Positions 26,447-37,466 of a stretch of DNA of 64,000 nt are shown here, in pieces. The position numbers were made by a program, and so were the translations under genes. This stretch comes from a virus, in the IMG/VR virus record IMGVR_UViG_3300032738_000111, positions 14,241 through 78,240 of that record; one strand, written 5' to 3'. Positions within the stretch are counted from its first letter, which is position 1. Every line of letters begins with the position of its first letter. The notes under the pieces were generated by a model. It saw only the letters and a program-made list of their open reading frames with translations, did not search any database and was not told the origin of the DNA.

Positions 26447-27655
26447 TCATTCAGCCTCCTCAATTTGTTCTGTAACTGCCCGTTTGCCCCATGTGTCATT
26501 AGGTACTACCGGCTCCAGCAGTGTCACCACATCCTGCAACGCCTCCGATGCAACCTCGCTATCAGCGTCGCCGAACGGGTTATCTGGGTCAGGTTCGCCC
26601 GCATCTGCTATTTCCCAAAACGCCTTACCCAACTTCTTCTCATCGAAGGCAATGAAATCCCACGGTTGCAGCCCCGCCTTTTCCAGCATAGCAAAGAGCT
26701 TCTCACTGTCCTTCGCTCGGAACCTGTGCTTGCCCTCTTGATACCATACCGGAGCTTGATAGTCATGCCAGCTACCGCCGCGCTCAAAGCCACCGTGTTC
26801 CTTCACCCAAGCCTGCACAAGGGCCGTCAGGTCGTTCGCGAGTGTTCTATGGGCTTCCGCCTTACCCATGAGTTCTCCGGCCTCCTGTGCGCTTGTGGGC
26901 GCACTGAATGACAGGTCTGTGATAGCTGGGCAGTCGGTTTTGTAAGCACACCACCTGCACGCATTCTCCGACGGAGTAGCGGGATAGGATTCGGCGTTCA
27001 ATGCTTCATTTGCCAGCATGACAATCTCGTCGCGGGTAGAGGTGTGTGGGCCATATGGGAGTATCCACGCCTGGGCCTCTCCGGTTGCGACAAGCCACCT
27101 GCACACCTCAATTTCTTGTATGCGCTCGCCGGTCTCTGGATTGCGGAAGGCCTCCTGCGCGGCCCACGCATAGTAGCGTAACTGAAGGGGAGGTTGGTCA
27201 GGGAAGTCACGGATGCGCGGGGTCTTGTAGTCAGTAATGACTAGCCTCTCGTTGTGCGGGTCGAGTTCCAGGCAGTCAATGCGGCCAACGAAGTCCAGCG
27301 AGCCCTCAGGAAGCGGGACGCGGAAGCTCACCTCGGACGCACCGACTCGATAGGCCCAGTCAAATCTCCAACTATCGCAGAACGTCTCGGCTAAGGCCAG
27401 AAGCTCAGGGCAGTCATACGTCCTTGCAATAGCGAGGCCTTCTGAGCGGGCGGAGGGAACGTCAAGGTCAGCGCATATCTTTGTGTACGATTCTGCCCAT
27501 TCGTGGAATCTGCTGCCGATGTTGTCGGCGAGTCTCGCGGCGGGCTTCACCACGGACTGAAGGTAGCGGAAATGGAAGTGCGCTGGACACTCTCTCCACG
27601 TCTTGAGCGAGGAATATGATAAGTGGTCAAGGGAAATCGGCTTCTTCGCGGCCAC
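26447..27655 (-). CDS. PD-(D/E)XK RecB/Cas4-like exonuclease
   Basis: LSYSSL...CP, GSRFH, GRIDC, ITDYKT, QLRYY, CRWCAYKTDC. Confidence 0.88.
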   Translation of the reverse strand: MAAKKPISLDHLSYSSLKTWRECPAHFHFRYLQSVVKPAARLADNIGSRFHEWAESYTKICADLDVPSARSEGLAIARTYDCPELLALAETFCDSWRFDWAYRVGASEVSFRVPLPEGSLDFVGRIDCLELDPHNERLVITDYKTPRIRDFPDQPPLQLRYYAWAAQEAFRNPETGERIQEIEVCRWLVATGEAQAWILPYGPHTSTRDEIVMLANEALNAESYPATPSENACRWCAYKTDCPAITDLSFSAPTSAQEAGELMGKAEAHRTLANDLTALVQAWVKEHGGFERGGSWHDYQAPVWYQEGKHRFRAKDSEKLFAMLEKAGLQPWDFIAFDEKKLGKAFWEIADAGEPDPDNPFGDADSEVASEALQDVVTLLEPVVPNDTWGKRAVTEQIEEAE

Positions 27656-27667
27656 TCGGAGGCCTCC

Positions 27668-28189
27668 TCAGTCTTGATAGGCGGCAAGCCTTGCGCAGGC
27701 TGCCACTTCTTCTTCGCTCACTGGCGGCAGATTGTGAATCCGCCGCTGGAATGTATCCCAGGGTTTGCCAGTCGCGGGCGCAACTTCGTCAAGTGGCTTG
27801 AAAGGAACGCGGTAGTCAATGCCCTCGTTGCTATCCTTGTATTCCACTAAGCCGCCGAAGAAATCCGCGAGCCGTTGAAACAAGGCAATCCAACGTGGAA
27901 ACGAACGCTGGCGCAGACAACGGTTGCCGTCGTCATCATTCTCGAAGTGATACCAAACACTCAGAACAGGAACATCAAAGAGCGACGGATTCTCCACGAC
28001 TATCTGCGCAAGTTCCGCAATAGTCGAAGGCTTGTATGAGACGCCCTGCACATTGCTGAAAACCGCGTCGGAACCTCCAAGTGGCTTTAGCTCTGATTCG
28101 CAGCCGCAGAGTTTCCCGACTACATCCGCTACGTGAATGATTTTGCTATACGGCGGTAGCTGTACTGTCGCGTCAACTCCCATTATCAT
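27668..28189 (-). CDS. Hypothetical protein
   Basis: GAGGAGG Shine-Dalgarno before ATG 28189. Confidence 0.6.
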   Translation of the reverse strand: MIMGVDATVQLPPYSKIIHVADVVGKLCGCESELKPLGGSDAVFSNVQGVSYKPSTIAELAQIVVENPSLFDVPVLSVWYHFENDDDGNRCLRQRSFPRWIALFQRLADFFGGLVEYKDSNEGIDYRVPFKPLDEVAPATGKPWDTFQRRIHNLPPVSEEEVAACARLAAYQD

Positions 28190-29717
28190 CGCCCTCCTCA
28201 AAGTCCATCTGTTCCGTCGCCTCAAAGATAGCGGGAAACGGTTCGGTCAACTCGCGCTCCTGTGCCCTGTTGTGCAAGCCGCGAATCACCTGCCATGCGA
28301 GGTCATTGTCCTCCGTGAGCGCGGCGGGCTTGGGCAAGTTGCCCGACTCAATCTGCGCGGCCTTCATTGCTTCGATGATATGCTCGTTCGTCCAATCGCT
28401 CGTACCAGTCAGGTCTTTCATGCGCGCAATGATAGTGTCGCCGTCTGGCATACTCTCGTCGGCAGGCCGCAATATGTCTCGTGGCTTGTCGGGTTTATCC
28501 GGTTCCGGCGCGGCTTCTATCTCGTCCTCAAACTCAGCATCTATGATGTCCTCGTTTTCCCCTTGGGTTGATGCTTCTCCTGTTGCGCCAGTTGCTACCT
28601 CTGCCGCGCCGGAACCGATACGCTCTATCGCCTCCTCCCATGCGTCTGTGCGGGTACACTCTACGATCATCGCGTCTATCTGCGATTGAGCTATGCCCGC
28701 CTTCTCTGCCGCGTCTCGCAACTCCATTTCCCATACCGCGACTGACTTGCCTTCGCCGGTCGCAGGAGCATCTGGATGAAACTCGTCGTCGAAGCCCGCC
28801 TCCTTGCTATACTCAGTCAGGCCCGCCGACAATTGCTGCACCTGTTTGGTGATAAGCAGCCGCCGCCGCTTGTCATCCGCAACCGCGTCAAGCATCTGCT
28901 CAATGGTGCCGTCGGCTTCGAGCGTTGCGTAAGGCACAAAGACATTCTGCCCATCCGGTGTCTTGGTGCCGCGCTCGCCGCGCACTAGCCAGAATGGCAA
29001 GCCCGCAAGCGTTCCATCCGTTTCGTGCAGGAAGTGATTCATCCAGTAGTGCAGCTCCTGCCAACTCTTGAGACTGGAGGTGCGGAAGGCCGCGATAGGA
29101 CAGCCGCCTTGGATGAACCCACGAAGCCGCACAGTCAGTATCGCTTGCACCTTGCAAGTCCTGTCCGCAATATACGGGCAGGTGTGCCAGTCACAAACAG
29201 CAGGCTTCGCCTCTGCGATTGTCTTGCCTGATTGGTCATAGTCCTGCCAGACTGCCTCGCCGACATAATACTGGCGCGGCAGATTGCCAAGTTCGTCGCG
29301 CAAGGCCTCGGCGTCTGGTAGCTTCTGTGCGGTATATTCCCCTGGCGTCTTCTCCCGCCAGTCCTCGCACACACAGATACGCCGCCCGCCCGCGCCGAAC
29401 TTTGCATAGGCTCCATACAGGTTCGATTCGGGCCGGTCGAATATCAGGTACACCGGCACTCGCTGAGGCTTTGCCGCACCTGCAACACCGCGCTCCTTCA
29501 GATACTCGACGAGGGCCTCCTGCAATTCTGGTACCACATCATAGACGATTCGATTGCGCCCACTGAGCTTGACCATTTCCCGCCTGCGTTTCGTGATACG
29601 AATATGGTCGCCCTTGCGCGGGATACCCTTCTCATCCATTTCGCCAAAGCTGATTCGCAGGGCTTGCTCTGGTCGCCACTGTCCGGGCGGCCTTGTGGCT
29701 GTCTGCTCAGTTGTCAT
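28173..29717 (-). CDS. Recombination protein (Gp3-like/recombination-directionality-factor-like family)
   Basis: RISFGE...G.P.K.DHIRIT, FRTSS..S, LAGLPFWL; adjacent to the exonuclease. Confidence 0.6.
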   Translation of the reverse strand: MTTEQTATRPPGQWRPEQALRISFGEMDEKGIPRKGDHIRITKRRREMVKLSGRNRIVYDVVPELQEALVEYLKERGVAGAAKPQRVPVYLIFDRPESNLYGAYAKFGAGGRRICVCEDWREKTPGEYTAQKLPDAEALRDELGNLPRQYYVGEAVWQDYDQSGKTIAEAKPAVCDWHTCPYIADRTCKVQAILTVRLRGFIQGGCPIAAFRTSSLKSWQELHYWMNHFLHETDGTLAGLPFWLVRGERGTKTPDGQNVFVPYATLEADGTIEQMLDAVADDKRRRLLITKQVQQLSAGLTEYSKEAGFDDEFHPDAPATGEGKSVAVWEMELRDAAEKAGIAQSQIDAMIVECTRTDAWEEAIERIGSGAAEVATGATGEASTQGENEDIIDAEFEDEIEAAPEPDKPDKPRDILRPADESMPDGDTIIARMKDLTGTSDWTNEHIIEAMKAAQIESGNLPKPAALTEDNDLAWQVIRGLHNRAQERELTEPFPAIFEATEQMDFEEGDDNGS

Positions 29718-30330
29718 CGCCCACCTCCAGTACGGCATCATTGAAACTATCGCGCAATGCCCGCACCCACTGCGTCCGTTCGTTGGCGCGTTGGACTTCC
29801 TTAGTATGATGCTCCGTGTGATACTCGATGTCCCGTCGCGCCTTGTCCGCCTCCTGCCGATGGTAGGTGGAGCCGTGAAGCATTGTCGGCCTGTGAGGAT
29901 CGCCGCAGTCGAATTCAATGCTCTTCTCTAGTTGCTCGGCCATGAGTTCCTTGAGGCCATCATGGTCAGGTGTCGGCGGCGTCCAATCCTTTACCTGAAT
30001 GAGCATCAGGCCATAGTCTTGGCGGCGACGTTGGTTCTCCAAAACCCACTTCTCGTACCGTTCCACATCGGCCCTATGGTTGCTTCGCGCCTCGGCATCA
30101 GCGCGACTGTAGTCCCACGCCTCAACATCTGCCAATCGCGCCTGCGCCTCCTTCAGCCCCTTGACATGATAGTCCGAGGGCTTGAACTCCTCAGGAATTG
30201 GTGCGCCCGTCGGTTCGTCGCGCATGGTTACCAACGCCCCGAAGGCGCGAGCGCATGTCCATACGAAATCCTCGAAGCTCACGTCTTTCCCATCATAGAT
30301 GTCACCCGTGTATCCAGTTGGCATAGTCAA
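29707..30330 (-). CDS. Conserved-looking phage hypothetical protein
   Basis: MPTGYT...CARAFGA...WTPPTPDH.GLK pattern. Confidence 0.65.
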   Translation of the reverse strand: MTMPTGYTGDIYDGKDVSFEDFVWTCARAFGALVTMRDEPTGAPIPEEFKPSDYHVKGLKEAQARLADVEAWDYSRADAEARSNHRADVERYEKWVLENQRRRQDYGLMLIQVKDWTPPTPDHDGLKELMAEQLEKSIEFDCGDPHRPTMLHGSTYHRQEADKARRDIEYHTEHHTKEVQRANERTQWVRALRDSFNDAVLEVGDDN

Positions 30331-30816
30331 CTCCCCTCTCTTATTTCCAACGCGGCCTTCACAATCCGCCGCGCCTCCGCCGACGGTATGAGCATCAAGC
30401 CACTCGCGGCATCATACATTTCGTTTTCGCGCACGAACGTCGTGTTGATACCCTGTGCAGCAAGCCACGCGCCGAGCGTCACTTCGCTTGTACCCAGTGC
30501 GTCGGCGGTCGCCTTCAGCGTTTCACAATGCGCCACGGTTGCGACGAGAATATCCCGCAGCGGCAACCCTCCGAAGCGGGCGCAGACTGCTCGTTGTAGC
30601 GCATACCTCTTATCCTCTGCTAAGTCCATGACTACCAACCCCTCTCGTTTCTGTTGCATCATTATATCCGTACCGATGGTTTCGTGTCAAGGATTATTTC
30701 GATACCGCTTGTGTGATTCCTCTGCGTGGTCATCGCTGGCCCGCGCTACCCAGACTAATCCGGCCAGCAGGAGTAGCCCGATTGCGAGGCAAAGAAGAAG
30801 GCCGATGAGTTGCCAG

Positions 30817-31185
30817 CTATTCATTGGATGTCTCCTCTGCAATTCGTTGCTCAACATGCCCCGCGCCCTCTGGGTCACTGCGCGGGAATGGTTCCTCTAT
30901 CGGCACATCCACCCTCGCGCTGATAGCACTCGCCCGCTTGACTGGTTCTATCGCCGGCCACCTGCCAAAGAGCCAAGCCCAGAACCCGCGCGGCCCGTAG
31001 AGCAGACGCGGAAGCGAGTAGCCAAATACGATAGCCATGTCCTCCACAACCCGCACCTTCGGGTCTATCAGGTCGCGCTCCAACTTACTGATGGTCGCGA
31101 CGCTGAGGCCGACGATCTTGCCAAGGTCCTTCTGGGTCAAGCATCTGTCCTCTCGCGCCTGTTTGATACGGTCGCCTATGGTCAT
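30817..31185 (-). CDS. XRE-family HTH regulator
   Basis: IGDRIKQAREDRCLTQKDLG..VGLS..TISKLER. Confidence 0.85.
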   Translation of the reverse strand: MTIGDRIKQAREDRCLTQKDLGKIVGLSVATISKLERDLIDPKVRVVEDMAIVFGYSLPRLLYGPRGFWAWLFGRWPAIEPVKRASAISARVDVPIEEPFPRSDPEGAGHVEQRIAEETSNE

Positions 31186-31237
31186 GTTGATTCCTCCCGC
31201 GCGTTGGTGAGCCGCGCCCCTCGGATATTATGCGTAC

Positions 31238-31930
31238 CTATTCTCTAGGCCCTGTTGCACAATCCACACCGCGCACATGCGCCCGCCATACCTCAGGGGA
31301 GACTTGGTTTGTGCCCGCATCATTTTCATGCTCGGCAACAGTGCAGGTCACACACTTTCGCGTACCATCGTATTCAATATCATAAGCAACGCCATCAACA
31401 ATTCCGTCCGTTAGGGCGGCAATTATCTTACTGTGCCACCTGCCCGTTACTATGTTGACCTCAATCGTACCGTTACCCGTAGTCTTGTTGAGTGCCCCGT
31501 CATCTGCCCGCGCCATCAATAGTGGTCGCCAGCCCGCATCATCTCCATACGGGGCAGTACAGACAAGCTCTATACTAATCCAGAAGTGCTTGCCTGCGAT
31601 TTGTAGTCGCGCAACAGGAGAGCCGCCGGGGTGCGCCATCTCATGGGCTGCAATCCATGTCTGCTTTGGCGTCGCGCCGAGCACCTTGCGATATGCCTCA
31701 GACCGCTGGGTGCAGCAGTTGAAGGTTGCCACATCTGGCGGAACAATCCTAGCCCGCTTTAGTAGCTCGTATTTACGAATTGCCTCCTGTGCCTTCGTTA
31801 GCCTATCCTGTTCTATTAGCTCGCGTTCCTGAATTATCTCCTGTGCCTTCGTTGGCTTTGTTGGCAATGCGTCACCAGCATACGCATGACACATCCTTCT
31901 CCATTCTCCCGCCGGGCTTCTCCGCATCAT
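31238..31930 (-). CDS. Hypothetical protein
   Basis: GGAGG Shine-Dalgarno; overlaps the upstream stop. Confidence 0.55.
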   Translation of the reverse strand: MMRRSPAGEWRRMCHAYAGDALPTKPTKAQEIIQERELIEQDRLTKAQEAIRKYELLKRARIVPPDVATFNCCTQRSEAYRKVLGATPKQTWIAAHEMAHPGGSPVARLQIAGKHFWISIELVCTAPYGDDAGWRPLLMARADDGALNKTTGNGTIEVNIVTGRWHSKIIAALTDGIVDGVAYDIEYDGTRKCVTCTVAEHENDAGTNQVSPEVWRAHVRGVDCATGPRE

Positions 31931-32142
31931 AATTCCTCCCGCTTCTCTATGAACCGCTGTATCTCCGAAATGTGAAACCTGCGCTTGCCGCCAGGACCTC
32001 GGAAACACTCCAGCCGCCCGCGTTCTACATATCGGCGCACGGTAGCTGGACAGACGCCGAGTAACTCTGCCGCCTCGCTCATCCACACTACGCGGTCAAG
32101 CATCCGCGCCTTGAACGCTTCGCGCGCCTCGCTGAGGGTCAC
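31927..32142 (-). CDS. Excisionase-like (HTH_17/MerR-type) DNA-binding protein
   Basis: EAAELLGVCPATVRRYVERGRL....PGGKRRF..SEIQRF. Confidence 0.85.
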   Translation of the reverse strand: MTLSEAREAFKARMLDRVVWMSEAAELLGVCPATVRRYVERGRLECFRGPGGKRRFHISEIQRFIEKREEL

Positions 32143-32942
32143 TCTGGCACCTCTGCTTTCTCAGCCTCGCTCTTCGGCTCCTCCGTGCTCGCCACCTGCA
32201 CATCATCATCCGTCAACCCTTCCCACCACTTAGTCTTGCAGACGGGGCAGGTCAGGCGGCGCAGGTAAAGGAAGCCGGCTTTCTCGACACGTTCCCTCCG
32301 AAAGTTGTGGCAGTAGCACTTGCGATTCCAGCAGTGTTGCATGTCAGTCCTCCTCTTCTGAGTTATCGCCCGGCAGCCGAGACCATCCACTGCCGCCCAA
32401 CTCGCCCATTGTCTCGCTGCCGCCAATCTGAATCTCCTCGACTGTGACAGATTCGTGCTCTTCGCCGAGCGAGACTTGGATAGGTTGCGGCAGTAGGATT
32501 CTCAGTACAACATCAGGCGGCATGATAGATGCGAGACTGCGACACCTCCCTTGCGCATCGTATGTTTCCGCGCATTCGCCAACACCCAAGATATGGCCTG
32601 TCTGTATGTACCTAATCATGATTCTTCCTCCTATTCTTCAGAGTGTGCTACTATCTCCCGAACCATCTGCGCCAAAGTACCGGCCCTAGCACGAACGCCA
32701 TGAGACCTGCAATCAGGCCGAGTGTGTTCATACCCGTTCGCCCTTTCCCGTAGTGTCATTGACGCGGCTCACACACTGGCCGGGGTAAGTCACCTTAGCC
32801 ATCAGGCCGTACCTCTCAGCAAACCACACCTCGCCAGTCACGGTATTCAAGATAACTGCCTCAGTATCCGTTGTTGCTAGCTGGTATCTGCCCACTTCGT
32901 TGTCCATGTCCGTCTCCCCTTTGCCCGTTGTGGTTGCCCGTA

Positions 32943-33287
32943 TTAGTGTTCCCGTTCTCTCGCTCTTTCCTCGGCCCTGTCCTGCTCGCCCCAGTCCTCC
33001 GTCTCGCCCGCGCGGTGCTTCTCTTGGAGCTTCTCGGACATGCGCTGCTGGTAGGTCTCGTTGGCGCGGATGGCGGCGGCAATGTGTTGCTGGAATGCTA
33101 CTGATAGTTCTAGCCGCCAATCACACACAAAGTTCTCCATTTCGAACAGTAGGTCAGAGTCGCTGATGTCAAGTTCCTCGCAGAGTTCAACCAAGTCCAT
33201 CTCGGCCAGCTTCGCCTCCACGTTGTCGGTAGCGTAGTCCAAAGCCCTGTTGCCTGCGTCGTCGTGCGGGTCATTAGTGCCGGTCAT
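32943..33287 (-). CDS. Acidic hypothetical protein, paralogue of 25784-26200
   Basis: DPHDDAGNRALDYATDNVEAKLAEMDL...AIRANETYQQRM. Confidence 0.7.
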   Translation of the reverse strand: MTGTNDPHDDAGNRALDYATDNVEAKLAEMDLVELCEELDISDSDLLFEMENFVCDWRLELSVAFQQHIAAAIRANETYQQRMSEKLQEKHRAGETEDWGEQDRAEERAREREH

Positions 33288-35865
33288 TTCGAGGCCTCCC
33301 TTTTTGCTGCCGTCAACATTGCGGCCCTCGCCTCCAGCCGTTCTTTTCCGCCGCCTTCTACATAGCGCCGGTAAGCGCGTTCGTCCTCTAATCTCTCGCC
33401 ACGCTCCGCACCTTCGTTTTCCTTCTTCTTCTTCTCCGCATCCAACCGTTCTTTCCATTGCCGATACCAAGCATCTGCGCACTTGCAGGCCATGTTGAGG
33501 GACCGATACCCCTCGTTGCCGCCAAATGCGCGGACCTTATGCCCATTCTCTGATATGGCAATCCATGCGTAGCGACCAATGCCTCGACCTGTCACGAGCA
33601 ACACCGTATAGTGCTCGAAGCGTCGCCAACAAATCTCCCCGCTGTCGGTAGTAACCTCGTGCCAAGATGTCATGTTCCGCCCTCCCTAAGCGTCTCCAAC
33701 AGCTTATCAGTCGCTTCCCGCAACTGCTCTGCAGCTTCCGTCGCCTCTGCTATCTTGACAACAAGCCTCGCATCCATTTCCTCGAGGCGCTCAATGTCCT
33801 GAGCGTACTTGAGGTTGCCGAGAAACCAGTGCCGCACTCGTTGTTGCCAGGTCATCTCATCCCTCCTCCAATCTAAGCAACTCGTCTATCCGCGCTGCCT
33901 TCTCCAGCAGGTCCGGTGCAAGCGCGTCCATCCCGTCCCGCACCTGCCGCAGGATAGTCCCGCTCACCTGCGCCCCTTGCTCCAGCGCGGTCAGTATATC
34001 TCCCGTAGTCTGCGCCGCCCTCTCTGCCTGCTGCTGCCATTCTTGCAGGTCGAGTATCACACGGTCGCGCAGGTTCTGCTTGTGTTGCTCGGCCTCCTGT
34101 GCGGACATGCCGATGCGTCCGATGATTGTTGGGGTCATGGCGAGGACTCCTCTTCGATTTCGTCTGCCAGCTTCCTGACGAGCCGCGCGCCCCACCCATA
34201 AGCACTGCGGGCACTTGATTCGGCTACGGGTGCACAATCCTCCGCGTCGGCAGTTAGATTCCCTTGTATCCCTCGTAGCTTCGCAACTATGTCCTTGGTA
34301 GTCATCGTATTTCCTCCCGCGCTGTCGCGCTGCTCAAGTGGTGGCTGCCCATACGTGTAGCAATTCACTGTCCGTCACTTCCTCCGGCGGCGGGCAGTCT
34401 ACACGCCACTCGCGAATCACTATGCCGGTTGACTTGATAGTATACTCAGAGTAACGCAGGCGGCGGCGCGGCACTTGCCAACGGCGGCGCACCAGCCCGT
34501 CGTGCTCTTCGCAGCAAAGGACATACTTGCCTTTGAGGGCCTCAATGTACGCAGTCGTGTATGTCCGGCAACCCATCAGATACCCGTAGCAGAGGCAGAC
34601 TGGGTCGCCCACGCGAAGCCCTTGCGATTTGTCGGCCCGCTGGCGACTATCCTGAATTGCCTTGCGTTGCGCGTCTGTGTATGCCATGTGATTCTTTCCT
34701 TCCCGTTTGATACTACCGCTTGAGGGCAGGAACCCGGCCTGCCCTCCCGCAGGAGTATCACCCTTTCCGTAGTCGCCGCGCCCAGTACAGGCAGGCGGCG
34801 GCTCCCAACCGTGCCGCCTTCTGGTCACGTTTCAACTGCTGTTGCCTCGCGATCTCTGTCATTCGCGCCGCCATGTTCACACAGTCTATCACGGTGTATT
34901 TCTCCGGCAACTGCCATGTCTTCCATGCTTGTTCCATCTTAGCTTCCTCCCGTCCTGTTGATCCGCCCGCCTCTGCCCTCCCGCAAGAGGGCAGGTGTAG
35001 ATGGGTCAATGCTCTGCACCCTCCGGTATTGGCTCCAGTCCATACGTCATTCCCTCCAGCACCTCATCCCATAGTTCGTGTATCGGTGCGTCCTCCACTG
35101 TCGCACGGGAGCGGTCTATGACATAGAACATACACCCGTTGCTGCCGAACACAAACCCGTCTGGCGCCTCCAACTCTATCTCGCTAATCCAGTTCGCGCT
35201 GTAGTCATCGCCTTGGGATATGTGCAGCACCACGTTCATTTCCTCTGCTTGCCGGAGAGCCTTCTGTTTGATGCTTTCCCTTGCCATGCCCTTCCTCCCT
35301 ACTCGTTCTAACCGCCCGCGCAGGCCTTCCGTGAAAGCCCGCGCCGAGGGTTACTCGGCGGTCAATGCTACACCTCCTCAAATATGGATATGACCATCTG
35401 TGGATACTTCGCGGAGGCTTGGTCGGCCACATTGACAGCGCAGGCCTCCTCAGTGAACTTCGTACCGCGCCCGGACTTGACGAGTTCCAACTTGCCATCC
35501 GAGTCCACGACCACTTCATCTGCCCCGCCGAGCGGCCACTTCGCTGCGCTTCTGTGAAGCGCCTCTATCCAAATCTTTCCCTTTGCCATGCCATTCTCTC
35601 CTTCGCCTGTCTGCCAGGCTTGATGGGTGCGGGTGGGGCGAGGGGCTGGTTAGCTATAGCCGCGAGCTGTCCAGAGGCCCGCTATGTAGAGCTGCAGGCA
35701 ACGGGTTCGCCGGCCTGAGTTATTCGGGAACCGTGACGCCAGTGCTTGCTTGCAATCCTCTATCAGACTGTTGTAGTGCTCATCGCCGGATAGTTCGGCC
35801 AGTCTCTGCTTGAGTAGGTTTGTCTTCGTGTTTGCCATGTTATTCGCCTCCAGTGTGTTGTTCAT
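33284..35865 (-). other. Cluster of about ten short early hypothetical genes
   Basis: Consecutive small ORFs (33284, 33670, 33857, 34135, 34334, 34758, 35006, 35368, 35650) with strong GGAGG-type Shine-Dalgarno sites just downstream of the promoter. Confidence 0.6.
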
Positions 35866-35874
35866 TGTGCCTGT

Positions 35875-35932
35875 ATTCTACCAAATGGTTTAGCCTAAGT
35901 CAAGGGTCTAAGCTCAAGATTAGCTCAAGATT
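35875..35932 (-). promoter_or_regulatory. Sigma70-type early promoter with an upstream tandem repeat
   Basis: TTGACT-17bp-TAGAAT with an extended -10 TG; AGCTCAAGATT x2 at 35911-35932. Confidence 0.75.
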
Positions 35933-36010
35933 GATGGGTGCTCGAATTGGACAAACAGTTGGCATTTCTTTACGTGTGCCCGCATTGTCTGACGGCCAGA
36001 ATCCAGGCAC

Positions 36011-36046
36011 GAAAAAACACCCGCCGGAAGCGTCTCCAGCGGGCGT
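36011..36046 (-). terminator. Intrinsic terminator ending the late/lysis transcript
   Basis: ACGCCCGCTGGA-GACGCT-TCCGGCGGGTGT-TTTTT. Confidence 0.8.
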
Positions 36047-36079
36047 AAGTTACTCAGTCGGCGAGGTGGAGCGGTTGTC

Positions 36080-36412
36080 TTAGAAGGTCACGTTGATGAT
36101 ATACAGGCGGCCCTTGATGCAATCGTATCGGAATGACCAGTACGCACAGAAGCCTCCGCCTTTCACAAGCGGCGTCAACTCACCGAGCTTGTCATACCTT
36201 CCCGATACTCCGAGGGCCAGAGAATTCTCATCGGACAGATAGAGCAGGTCAACCCAACCAGACAGGTCGCCCTTCTCAGCTACTTTGTACGAGGCCATTC
36301 CGTTGATGGGAATGGTACCCGTGCTTGTCACGATGCTGAATGACAGAGCATCTCCAGCAAACGCGGTGCAGGTCAATGCCAGCAACGCGACTGCGATCAT
36401 CAGTGGTCTCAT
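36080..36412 (-). CDS. Exported beta-rich protein with C-terminal Phe (possible small outer-membrane protein)
   Basis: Signal peptide ending AFA, alternating beta-strand pattern, ends YIINVTF. Confidence 0.55.
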   Translation of the reverse strand: MRPLMIAVALLALTCTAFAGDALSFSIVTSTGTIPINGMASYKVAEKGDLSGWVDLLYLSDENSLALGVSGRYDKLGELTPLVKGGGFCAYWSFRYDCIKGRLYIINVTF

Positions 36413-36425
36413 GTTTCACCTCCAG

Positions 36426-37133
36426 TCAGTCAGCCCAGTCAGGCCGTTCTATGTAGAGCTTCTTTTGGTCGGCGATGTGGTCACCGCCGCGTACCATCCG
36501 CAGTGCGGCCACGACCTCGCCGTTGCTATGCTCGATGAGTTTCACGAGCGTAGTCTGCTCCCCTCCGAGCCGCGTTGCAAGTTCGCTCCGTACCCAACCC
36601 ATTGACACCTTGCTACCGGGGCAGGTCTTGTTCGCCACATCCCTATGGGCAAAGCAGTTCTCTGCTGGTATCTCCCATATCTTGTGAACCATTGCCAGCA
36701 CGTCAAGAGAAGTCGCCATTGCGCGGGAGGTCTCCGGGTCTTCCGTGTCGAAATCGCCGATGGTCTCTATGCCGAAGCCATAATGATTCGGCCACGCGCG
36801 GTCAAAGTTGCAGAGGTTGTAGAGCCGCCGTGACCGCTGCTTGACATCATTCCACGAGCGCGACACATGAGCATGGCACCAATTGCCTGCGCGGAGGTTG
36901 CGCCCGTTGTACACATTCCCGTCTGGCGCGGTGTAGGCATTGGCAGCGATGTCAGACCAACCCAGGCCCAGGTGATACCGGCGGATGTTCTCAATGGTAC
37001 TCAGCCCGCGATACTGACTGGCGTTCGGCGACCAAGTGTGGTGCAGGAACGTAGCCCTCGGAGCGCGGTACGTCTGCTGGCCCTTCAGGTATAGCTCGAA
37101 GTCCTCAAGCGTGTGCGCCCGGATAGTGACCAT
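36426..37133 (-). CDS. Endolysin, N-acetylmuramoyl-L-alanine amidase (Amidase_2)
   Basis: FLHHT, GWSDI, GIETIGDF, AHRD...TCPG. Confidence 0.9.
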   Translation of the reverse strand: MVTIRAHTLEDFELYLKGQQTYRAPRATFLHHTWSPNASQYRGLSTIENIRRYHLGLGWSDIAANAYTAPDGNVYNGRNLRAGNWCHAHVSRSWNDVKQRSRRLYNLCNFDRAWPNHYGFGIETIGDFDTEDPETSRAMATSLDVLAMVHKIWEIPAENCFAHRDVANKTCPGSKVSMGWVRSELATRLGGEQTTLVKLIEHSNGEVVAALRMVRGGDHIADQKKLYIERPDWAD

Positions 37134-37136
37134 TGG

Positions 37137-37466
37137 CTAGGCCCCTTCGCCTTGGTCGCCGTCATCCCACTCAGTAATCATCTTGATATGCTCTGCTGCC
37201 TTGCGTGGTGCCCGCACTACATCGCGGACAATCTTGGGGGCGTACACTGCGACCATGGCGATTGCCGCGACGGCTACCCACTCCGGCAGGATACCCAACA
37301 CGCCACAGCTAGTTGCAGTCACTGTAAGCAAGCCCGCGATAGTCGCAGCCCACTCACCCGCAAGCGCAGGCACAACATGCTTGAACAAGTCAACCAGTGC
37401 CGCGCTCGCCGGTGCGAATATGGCGATGAGAATCGCGGCCTCCTGTGCTATCGTTGCGTAGTCCAT
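37137..37466 (-). CDS. Putative holin
   Basis: Three hydrophobic segments, charged C-terminus, upstream of the endolysin. Confidence 0.65.
   Translation of the reverse strand: MDYATIAQEAAILIAIFAPASAALVDLFKHVVPALAGEWAATIAGLLTVTATSCGVLGILPEWVAVAAIAMVAVYAPKIVRDVVRAPRKAAEHIKMITEWDDGDQGEGA

Noticed and set aside
26447-27655. Cas4 or CRISPR system
   Set aside because: No repeat-spacer array or other cas genes seen; the context is a phage recombination module.
29932-31248. 438-aa plus-strand ORF (also 25301-26302, 13918-14709, 38873-39826, 52017-52880)
   Set aside because: Antisense shadows of well-supported minus-strand genes in GC-rich DNA, with no motifs or Shine-Dalgarno sites.
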